Part shown: positions 53,447 through 64,000 of the stretch, piece after piece
Numbering within the stretch: the first letter of the stretch is position 1
Layout of the letters: each line of letters begins with the position of its first letter
From: Octopus vulgaris
Lineage: Eukaryota
Length of the DNA stretch: 64,000 nt
Reading direction: 5' to 3'
Assembly (NCBI GenBank): GCA_951406725.2
Contig: OX597814.1
Location: 165,974,001 to 166,038,000 of the forward strand
The notes under the pieces: model-generated
The model's database searches: none
Seen by the model: the letters and a program-made list of their open reading frames with translations, nothing else
Told to the model about the DNA's origin: nothing
Program-made: the position numbers and the translations under genes

Positions 53447-53700
53447 GTAAGTATATGAGACTTTCAATAGTGATTCTATAGTGCATAATTCAAGTAACAC
53501 AATTTGTTTCCTGTGTAATACATGTTGCACTTTCAAAGACTGTTATTACCAAAGTATTAAAAATTAGAAAAAATCCATAACATCCACTGCTCTTATAGAT
53601 ATTTCTAAATAATCTACCCACCAACAATTATCGTAGGAAAGACTAGTGACACATTTACCACTTTCAAATATAAAGTTGGAACCAGCAAAAAATTTGTTAA

Positions 53701-53920
53701 CCCTTTCGTTACCAATCCGGCTGAAACCGGCTCTGGCTTTGAGTAGAAATGTCTTGTTTTCATGACTTTTGAATTAAAATCTTCCACCAAAACTTAGTCA
53801 CAGTTTATGTTCCTAACACTAGCTGAATGATAATTAAGTTATTTTACTAAATTTTTTGTTATATTTAAAGTAATTGAAAGAAACACAGAGCATCTCAAAA
53901 TAAATACAGTAACGGAAGGG
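53701..53920 (+). mobile_element. piggyBac-type MITE (second copy 20466-20686)
   Basis: TTAA|CCCTTTCGTTAC...GTAACGGAAGGG|TTAA; near-identical copy at 20466-20686. Confidence 0.85.
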
Positions 53921-55078
53921 TTAAAGGGCATGAGGTCTACATGGAGCAAGTGAGCATGTTTTAACAAACTTTATATTGGTTTTAGCTTAACCAGATACAT
54001 CAAAGAGAAATAGAAACAAAATGTTGAATCCTCATTCTGTAATTATGGGACACAACAGTCCAAACTTTGAGTACCCTGCTAGTTTGTCCATTTTTGGATT
54101 CTCCTTGTTTGAATTATTTGATATAGACATCAAACACCATACAAACATTTTACTATAGAACTATTACTTTCATTAAATTGATTTGTTAATGGAATAAATT
54201 AGCATTGTATTTAGTTTATAGGAACACTTTCATCAATTGACTTGCACTTGTTTTGAGGTTTTCTTGTGATAGGTGAGTCCTATTTTATATATCTACAACA
54301 AGCCAGCTTGGTGCAGCCCATCTTCATGTTGTACCTGCAGGAAAGCACTGCAGGCTAAATAAAATGCTTCATTTTGACAGGGCTGTTGCTCATAGCAGTA
54401 CTTTATACCACCCTATGATACCTGCTAAAAGTTAGATTAACTAGGCCATTGAGAGCTAAATGTCTTGGTTGCAGATACAGCATACTTCCAGTAATTCATC
54501 TCTCCAACTTAATATTTTCACTCAGTAATTCTATTCAATAAAGACCTTGAAAACGTTAATACTTTAAATCTCTTGAATGAAATGCTCATTAAAAAAAATT
54601 ACTACTTTAAACAAAATTAATCTTAAAAAGTTTATATGTGCATTGTCCTTAAATTAAAAAATTTTGTCTATTAATACATTGTTATACTTACATCTTGCCA
54701 ATTAAACATATGCACTATTTATTTGATCTTCACTTTAATTTCATTAATATTTTTTTTAGTTTGTCAAAATTTTTATTCTGTTTGGGAATAGGCAGAGCAT
54801 GAGGAGACACATGGGTCAGAGAGTCACTGAAGAGGTCGCAGAAAGTGGCAAAAGAACTTTGACAGATAAATAAACTAAAAAAAAATTAATAATACTTAAA
54901 CTAAAGTGCATGTGTTTAATTGGCAAAAAATGTTCATCCCTGAGTATAACAATATTTGTTTCAACACACATTTTCACATCAAGAATCTTGCAAGACAAAT
55001 ACACAAACATATTGATACATTGTTTTCATTATATATATATAGATATATATTGTTGTTACTCTAATTTTCATTCCACAG

Positions 55079-55226
55079 TGTGTCAAGTCCTTTGTCATTG
55101 AATGCAGCTATCTTTGCTGCTGTTTGTTTAGCATCAAGACTCCACACACCTTTACATGCTTTCTCGATTGTGACTTTTGCACTTGAAATCTTTGCATTGT
55201 GGCCTATGCTTCGAATAGAGTTAAAG
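55079..55226 (+). CDS. PIGC: PIG-C coding exon 5
   Basis: CCACAG acceptor; [49 protein letters not shown] with the hallmark [14 protein letters not shown]; GTAATG donor, phase 0. Confidence 0.97.
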
Positions 55227-56278
55227 GTAATGAAAAGCATGATTTTATTGGTTTATTAATGAATGCAATATATTGTCTTTGCTTAAACAAACAAACAATT
55301 CTTTTCATAAGCAGAGTGCATCATTATTTTAATTTTAGTTTTTCACTGTTTAACATGAGTTGAATAGTCTGCAAAACAAGTTTTTTCCAAAAGCTTTTCT
55401 AGTTTCATTTGAGTATCTTAATGTTTCTATTGGACATTAGTTTACTGAACAAAACTGTAAATTCTGTTTGATTTTAACATTTGTAGAACTGCTTTGTCAC
55501 TCATTGCATGTTAGGTAGTTATATATAAGTTGAAAGTTCTACAAGTTTTATATAAGTTGAAAGGTTTTCAAACATTGTTAGATCAAGTAGTGTTAGATAG
55601 CTGTATGATGTTTCATCAGTTACATTACACAACCTTGAAATGGGAGTGATGCATGCTTTAGATTGAATTACTCAACTTCTCTGACTATATATATTAATGC
55701 AATATACATGGTATATATTCAGTAATGTATACTCTTGCAGCTAGCTGCCATATACAAATCAATATTATGAATTATAGCAACACAGTGAGCTGGCGGAATC
55801 ACCAGCATGCTGGGCAAAATGCTTTGCAGAATGTTTGTCTTTACATTCTGAGTTCAAATTCCACCAAGGTCAACTTTGCTTTATGTCCTTTCAGGATCAA
55901 TAAAATAAGTACCAGTTCAACTCTGGGGTCGATGTAATTGACTTACCCTATCGCCATAAAATGCTGGCCTTGTGCCAAAATTCGAAACCAATACTATGAA
56001 TGATGGCAATAGCAATTGCTGTTACAATCAGTAATTAATGTTCTGCTTGTGTTGGAAATTGAAATAATACTTTTGTAAGTTGTGTTCAACTTTGTTGCTC
56101 AACTCCTGAATATACCAGTTCACACAGTAACTGTATAATTAGATCATTGGTGATAGTGAATGCCGTAAAAAGACTGTTGGCTCTGGTATGGTACTAACAG
56201 TAATAGTTCAGGTCTCTCGTATGTGTTACTGATATAAGACTCTATTACTATGAGATTGTGATATGACATATAATTTAA

Positions 56279-56750
56279 ATAATAATAATAATAATGAAAT
56301 TATTGTATACAGTGCTCAGGTGCACCACAACTTGTCAAAAGTGCGTATAAAGAATATGCAGTAATGTACAAATGTCTGGAAAGTGAACAGTGTATGAGTC
56401 AGATACATGCTTGAGTGTGTATGGAGGGGAGAAAATCAGGTGTAGTATTGGCGAATCTCAGGAAGCATGGAAGTTTTGAAGGATGCAGTGCTCCGACAAC
56501 TAACAACTGATGCTGGCAGTTTGTTCCATGCTTCAGCAACTCTTAGCATGAAAAAATGCTTCTGAAAGTCATGGGAGCTGTGCTGTTTTCTGACTTTGTA
56601 AACATGTCCATGGGTGTTAGACAGATGGAGTTTGAAAAGGTGCTCAGAGTTACTGTTAGTAAGATGGTTAATAATTTTATGGGTGTCTGCCAAGTCAGCT
56701 GCCAGACGTCGGAGTTTCAATGTATCCATGCCCAGGGATGTATTCAATAC
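56279..56750 (-). mobile_element. CR1-clade LINE 3' end in PIGC intron 5 (shorter copy 34620-34850 +)
   Basis: LKLRRLAADL...THGH..K...HFF..RV..AWNKLP..VV...S..SFK C-terminal motif with an (ATT)n tail. Confidence 0.85.
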
Positions 56751-57093
56751 GCATTATATGGTGTGCACAAACAAAATCCAGGTATGTAAGTTGTATGAAG
56801 ATTACATAACATTTGTCTCTAATCTGTCCCACTGCCCAGCTGCTAAGGTAATAAAATACTGTATTGGATGCTTTATGTTATCTAGTTCAGTATTTTTCTG
56901 ATCCAATGTATAACTAGGATCAGCTTTACTTATTGTCTCCCAAGGTTCAATAAAATAATCATCAGAATATACTATACCTTATCTGTTATAATTATTCAAA
57001 ATGAATGCAAATGACAGTATTAAATATTTTTTTTTTTAATTGATTTCTTGATTTTTAAATGAAATTTTTTTCTGCTGTTGATTATCTTTATAG

Positions 57094-57260
57094 AAAAGAG
57101 GTTCTATTTGCCAAAATACAATGAGTGTTTTAGTTGGTGTGATAGCCAGTGCAGCATTGTGGTCTGTGTCACCTTTTGGAGCAACCATTTTTATCACTGT
57201 TCATCTCCTGATCAATTTTGCATGTCCAGCATGGCTTTGCAGGCTTCAGTCATCTAAGAA
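57094..57260 (+). CDS. PIGC: PIG-C coding exon 6
   Basis: TTATAG acceptor; KRGSICQNTMSVLVGVIASAALWSVSPFGATIFITVHLLINFACPAWLCRLQSSK; GTAAGA donor; phases 0->2. Confidence 0.93.
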
Positions 57261-57729
57261 GTAAGATTTAAGCATTTTATATTTTTTTCTGGTGAAATAA
57301 ACGTGTTGTTTCATTGCTTATACTTGCTTAGCTGCCTAGAGTTTCATGATCATTTTTCTAAAATCATCTAAGATATACCTTGCTTCAGTCTCATATTAGA
57401 TCATACTATACATTCTACAATAGAATGGGTTCCTTGTGGGGCATAGTATAACATTCAGTTAAAAAAAAAATCATTACAAGAAGATAATGTAAGCAATAAA
57501 TATGTATAAGTTCTAAAGAAAGAACAACATTATATCTTCATTTGAAGATATTGATGTAAATCATTAATGGAAGCTATCTAGTAATAATATCTTATTTGTA
57601 CAAATTACATATGAATATAATATTAGAGGACTGCAAAATGACATAGGTTTTAACAAAGCCAGATGATTCCTAGTAACTTTAGTTTTGTTAGTATATAAGC
57701 ATTTAACAAACTTTTTCTTCTTCTTTCAG

Positions 57730-57799
57730 CAATATTTATGGTCCTTGGGATGAAGCCATCATCAACAGCATGGAACATCCAAAGGTTGCTAGAAACTGA
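57730..57799 (+). CDS. PIGC: PIG-C coding exon 7 (terminal, TGA stop)
   Basis: Long pyrimidine tract + TTTCAG; NIYGPWDEAIINSMEHPKVARN* with the conserved I.GPWDEA. The seven exons total 873 nt = 290 aa + stop, with an uninterrupted frame. Confidence 0.96.
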
Positions 57800-60700
57800 T
57801 ATCTTCACCAAAGAGTTAAGAATTTTTTTTCAATGTTGATGTATATATTTAAAAGCTGAAATGTTCCAGAAGTCTGTAAGTAATCATAAACTAGGAAGAA
57901 TTTGAGATTCTATAAAAACACTTGGCTAAAGTCTCTTTGATTGGGTGAATGTCATTCATCAACTTGTAAACATCCTTCATCAGTATCTGCTGCAAGGCTG
58001 ATAATGAAATATCTGAGATTAACAATTACTTTAAGAAACCATATCTTTAACATTACGAAACAAAAACTAATTTATTTGGTCGCTTCTTAAGGGTAATCGT
58101 AATCTAACCTTTTCATTATTGCCTCACTAGTTATCAAGATTCTACAATCAATCTATCAAATGATCCTTCACTGCTCGCCACCACTGTTAATATCCTGAAC
58201 AATTTCCTTGATTAATTCATTTAACATCAGAAATGATTTTATGTTGGTGAAATCCTAAGTATTAAGAGTGTGAATTGTCTATGTAGGTAGAGATTAGGTT
58301 TGATAAATAGCAAGATATTGCCTCTTCCTTCTTGAATTTAAACTTCTGAGAGGATTTTACTTATGCTGTCTTTATTGCCACCTGTTTCTTGTTTGAGTGG
58401 TTCTTTAAGGACAGCAATGATATGAAATTGGTTTCTTTATCTGAAATGAATCGATATCAAATTGTTGGATAACTCTTGTTTATCATCAGATAACATGATG
58501 TAATTCATTCATCCTGTTCAGGGAAAATAAAAGCAAAGTATATAGAGAATATATACTTTTTTTCCTTGGTAAATAATTAATAATCCAAGGCAATATATTT
58601 AATTTCATTTACATATTTATCTTTATTTGTAAAAAGCTGTTCTGAGATGTCATTTCACGTCTGTGTGAAGTGTTAGACAATCTTCTATATTATGTTAAAA
58701 TAGTTGAAGATAAAAGAAGGTTAAGTAATAATTGATAACTATTTTTGTTAAAATTGTGTTGTGGATAACTCAGAAAGAAGAATAGTGGAGTAAATTGATA
58801 AAGCTAAAATGTTTAGCTTATAATTAAAATAAAGAGCAATAAATGAATACTTGATTGTTGCTGCTTTAGGCTTAAAAAGAGTTAGCTAGATGTTTGTATT
58901 ATAGGAAAACTTCTGAGAAATTTCCATTGCAGCCTTTTGGGAAGACAGGGAAGTTGAATGTTCAACCATTATTCTCTTTTTCATTTCAGTCATGTGGCTC
59001 TGTCATGCTGGTGCACCACTGTAAAGGTTCTTGACATTCCACATGTATATGCCCAAAATGTGAGTTAAAATAGCTGCCTTCACCAATAAACTGAAATGGA
59101 AAATTTCCAGAAGTTTTCTGAGGTTCCACAGATGAACAAGGAAAAAAGTTTGCCAGCTGTTTCTGTGTATTGAAATGGCATTATGGACTTTATTGATCTC
59201 AGAAATTCTCCTGTCAACTTCAATTTTGTTTTGTCTTCTAGCAGAGGCTTTCAGACATCTGTGGAGATTCAGATTGATACTATTCTCTGCATGGGATCAT
59301 TGGTAGTTTATCACTGATAGTGGCCAGTCTTTTCTCATCTGATGTTTCTGGTGCTTCCTGTCTTTTTTGTCTTGTTCAAATAATTTGTAGCCCAAATAAC
59401 AGACTTTCTTCTCTTGCTCTCTATCCTTTGCAACAGTTTTCAACTGTTTTGGCTGGATGTCACAGAGTGTGAGGTTTCACTTCAAGATATCTCTGAAATT
59501 CAGTTATGGTCTTCCAAGATGACGTTTTCCTGTCACCAGTTCAGAATTAAATATAATCTTTGAAGAGTCATCCTTTGAATATATCCAATGCAGTTGAGTT
59601 GATGTCTAATGATCATTGTTTTGATGCTTGTAATTTTTTGCTTGTTGTAGGATATTGGTGTTGGTCTTTTATTCCTAATTAATACCTAGTGCTGAGAAAA
59701 GTTTTGATGGAACTATTCATTAAGAAGTTGATGTCTTGCAAGCATAAAGAAGTGTTCTGATAACTACTGCTTGGTATGCAGACAAGTTGGTGTACCAAGC
59801 AGTAGTTATAGCACACTGCTCTACACTTGCAAGGCATAGACTTCTTAACAGACAGATTGGTGGTAGTTTTGAGTTTGAGGCCCTCGAAAACTTTTTGATA
59901 AAGTATTCTATATGGAGTATGGGCTGCACATATCCTGTTGTTGATTTTGTCAATGGTTGTGTTTGAAGATTAAAATGGAACCAAGTTATAGAAAGCAGGA
60001 GACCTGTTTGGATTGTTGCTGGCAGTTATTGTGATGTTTTGTTGTGGGTATCTTGGAGGGAATTGATACAGGTTTCTAAGTCATGCTAATCATTAGGCTT
60101 AAATCACTTATTTGTTAGAAGTAATTTTGGTCATGGTTGGATTCATAATTAACATCTGCATTCTGTATTTCTGAAATGGTGTTCATTGATGGTTATACAT
60201 CAACAAAAATTAGCTTTGATTGAAGTTACCTGTGTCATACTTGCTTCTTCTACTTGTGAAGAAGTCTCATTTTCATTTACAACAATCAAATGAATAGCAC
60301 AAATGTATAGTGAAAAGGGGGTCAGTGCAAGTATGTTCTGTAGCTTCACAACAGTTTTCACCTTAAATGCTAGCCATGTCAATTCATTTGATAGCACTTA
60401 ACACTTCATGTTGTAAAAGATGGCTATAATATTGATTGGATGCTTTTACATTATTTTGAATTATGGCAAAAAATTTCAATGGAAGGCTAAGTTTCTGAAA
60501 TATTTTCCACAGTATTTTATACATATCCTATGGAAAGATATTACCAGATCATAAAACAAGAGCTGTAGGGGCTTGTGCTTTTTGGCTTTTTCTTGCAGTT
60601 GACACATAGCAAAAATTATGTCTACAAAATCTGCTCTGTGACTCAGAGAAAAGTTTCAATAATTAGGTGGCAACCTACTAATAGGCAAGTTAAAATATGG

Positions 60701-63700
60701 ATTCTGATTATTAACAGAGATATTATTTTTTAGTATTAACAATTGGCCTTTGATTTCCAGATACATTTGAGAAGGCTACATGCAGCATTTTTTCATTAGT
60801 GCTATATTTGGCAGCAGCCAAATATGTTTCATGTTTTAACCATTGCCTTAGTTGTGTTGTGATGACATATATTTCTACTGCTGCTCTACTCACCAATATT
60901 TAATACTAGTAATAATGATATAGATGGTTATGATATTGGCTTTCAATATTATTTTGGTATTTTATTCTGATTTCAAATCCTGCCTATGTTAAATTTGTTG
61001 TTTGTTTGAGTTTTGCTAAAAATAACTACCATTAATATACTGGATTTAATTTAAATGATAATACATCCTCTTAACCAAAAATGACTGTTTAGTTCAAAGA
61101 AAACAATATTTTAACATTAAAAACTATCATTCTTCTTGATTCATTTTGATTTTTGTGGTGTACTAAAAGATTCAACAATTAGTTTTAATTTTTTTATATT
61201 ATTAATGCATAATAACCAAAGATATTTTCTGTCTGGTGCAACAGTGAAGATTATTCATAAGATTTTTATGATGGAAAGTTCTAACATCACTTTTCTGTAC
61301 TTCAGTATATGAAAAGTCATGTTTTACTGAAAATTCACTATTGTTGCCTCCTATTTTAATTGTTCTAGATGAGACAACTCTAGATTTCTTATCTCTGGAA
61401 ATTAACAATTTTATAATCTGCTCTCCCTTTTGGAAAAAAAAAATCCATTAAGCTGGTCAACTCATTGAAATCCACTCAGTCTTCCATGTAGCTGGATGTC
61501 TTGGGTCTAGTGAGGCTGATGAAAGTCTATATTGATGTAGAATTTGATACTTGTACTAGTTTTTTCAGGATTTGTCATATGGTTATTGAAATATATTTTT
61601 TCAGATAACATGTTTATGTTATCAAGAATCTTTATAATGTGAATGAAATCTCAATCTGAAGTTGTTGCTTGTAAAGCAAACATTTCTAAAAGTTTTGGTA
61701 AATCTGTGATATGTGTCAAAAGAAGTAATGATCTTTGTAGCTTATTTTTCTGGGGTTTAAAATTTGTTTTTTTATGCTGATTAGATACATCCTCAGAAAT
61801 GTGCTTATGAGTAAGGATTTCAAAAAATGAAAAAAAGAAACATATTCATTAATTATGATGTAGAAAAAATTACTTAGTAAACCTTGCAACTCTATTGACA
61901 GTTCAGACCCCTTGGCATGAAGAGGCCATCTTTGAGTGAAAATTGAATTATTCAATTCTAATATTAAAGTTCATTCCTTAGAACATGGTCTCCATTTATA
62001 AGTTATAAAGTAATGATTAAGGTAGCGCCAACTGGTTTAAGTTATTTACATATCTTGATTTGGTTCATTTGGCTCTATTTTAAATTTTACTCATTATATT
62101 TTCAATCTTGCTTGTGCTGACTTCTAAATCTTGGATTAAATTTTTTATTCTTTAAAATTTAGTATTGTTTCTATGGCAATGTGATGTGAATTTTGTTTTA
62201 CATTGTTATTTACGTTGTTAAATTTATCTCAACTTCGTTTTTGAAACTGTTGTACTTTAATTGCACATGAGCTTTTCTTGCAAAGTAATCAAGGGGAGTC
62301 AATCAAATTTTTCTTCAAATATTTTGGTGAATGTTGTCGAGATTTACTGATGATCTTTCCAATGATCAGAGTGATCTCACACCTTTTAATCTAAGCACTG
62401 ATGAGCTCCAGGTGAGCCCAATTTTCAACCTAATTTTAGTTCCTAGTTTTTGTAATTTTGCTTCTTCACTTACGTTGTTGTTACACTGAAGCTGCTCCCT
62501 CTTAAATATAATGAAGGTAATGTAAAAAGAAAACATTTCATCATTTGATGCATGTAACATATTTGAAAATCATGTCCTGAAACACGTGGAATATTATTCA
62601 TTTCAATCTTGGTTTAGTGCAGTTTAAATTGGTTTGACTTTTTAATAGAGTTGTAAGGACCAAATGTTTTATATAATTTAATTTTACCGTTACATTGTGT
62701 TCAAATCTTACAAGGGCCCACTTTTTCTCTCATCTTTCAATGAGAGGAGAAAAAAAATAGTAGTTGAATTCTTTATCTCTTCCCTCCCACAAACATTTGT
62801 AACTTTGTGCCATTAGAAATATTGATGCAACGTCACAAATGGATGTGACCTTCTGTATCTAGAATATTTCTAGACACAATCTAGATTTCTAGAGGTTGGG
62901 GATTAGAAGAATTCATAGAGTTAGAAAAAGGTCCTTTGGTATTTAGTTATATCACTTTGTTCTGAATTCAAATCCTTCAAAAGTCAAAGCAAGTACTAAT
63001 AGCAAACTAGGGTTGATTTAATTGACTGTGTTGTTTCCAAAAATTTGTAGCTTTACGCTAATGTTAAAAATTGATACTTCTGGTTAAAATTTTTACTGTT
63101 GGTGTATTTAAACATTTAAAAAATTAGTTTATCATTTCACTCTACTATAAGTGTATTGGTGGATTTTGCTACATTTGAGACTAGAACTTGCCTTTTGTTC
63201 AATATTTCTAGCACCAATTTCAGGCAATGAGCTGGCAGAATCATTAGCAAGTTAGACAAAATGCTGCTAAGCATTTTATCTATCTGAGTTCAAATTCTGT
63301 CACGGTCGACTTTGCCTTTCATCCTTTTGTGGCCAATAAAATAAGTACCAGTTGAGCTCTGGGGTCGGTGTAACTGACTTACCTCTCTCCTGAAATTGCT
63401 GGCTTTGTGCTAAAATTTGAAACTAATGTTTCTAGCTCTGGCCATTGTTTAAACAGTGAAAAAGTTATGTATAATTTCATAGAAACTGAGTTGATTTTTC
63501 AGTTTACTAAAGACATTGAAAATTTGCTCAAGAGAAATATTTCAATGAAAATTTGCTCAAAGAGAAACTATTTAAATTTTCAATTTTTAATTTATTTAAA
63601 ATAAAAAAGATAATATTGTTATTTTTGTTATTGTTTATCATTGAGAGACATTTTACATTAATATATACTGCTAATGAAATCTTTTTTTAATTTTATTTCT

Positions 63701-64000
63701 TATTGAAGTTTTCAAAATTTTAAAAATCATTCGTTAACACTAAATCATTTGTTGGCACACATATTTTTTATATTTTCTTATCTCTCGGAAATAAAACAAG
63801 TACAATTTTGATCTGTGTATTATTAAAAATAAAAGAGTAACACTTGGAAATCCAGTTTTTTCAGTTTTATTAAAATATATGAATCAAAAAATTTGTCATT
63901 GTAAAACTGTATGTTATTGGAAAAGTATGAAAAGAACGAATGAAAGAAATATCCCAAATTCTAGGATTCACATTTGTGGATGGATGGTGATATAAGAAAT

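Overview
AT-rich, microsatellite- and transposon-rich eukaryotic DNA. The repeat complement (RTE LINEs with (GAT)n tails, tRNA-derived SINEs, Penelope remnants) looks octopus/cephalopod-like; that assignment is an inference. One complete spliced gene is well supported: PIGC, + strand, 7 coding exons at 48876-57799, 290 aa. A second gene starts divergently on the - strand at 27148 (MASVG|GTGAGT, YY1-type start, two CCAAT boxes) and appears to run off the left edge. Its visible pieces (MASVG ... IADTVEIDNDIASYFTDI-G, phase-1 end) resemble the N-terminus of O-GlcNAc transferase, but no diagnostic TPR exon was found here, so the identity is tentative. Its introns hold candidate 9-10 nt microexons, stop/frameshift cassette exons and a recurring CUGACUG motif tied to stem-loops; this is the best lead in the window. 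The rest is decayed transposons: RTE, CR1, CRE, Penelope with hammerhead motifs, Helitron, mariner, Tc1, pogo, piggyBac-type MITEs and Chapaev3. Almost all ORFs in the supplied track are non-coding or TE debris. All calls were made by eye with no database searches, and TE boundaries are approximate.
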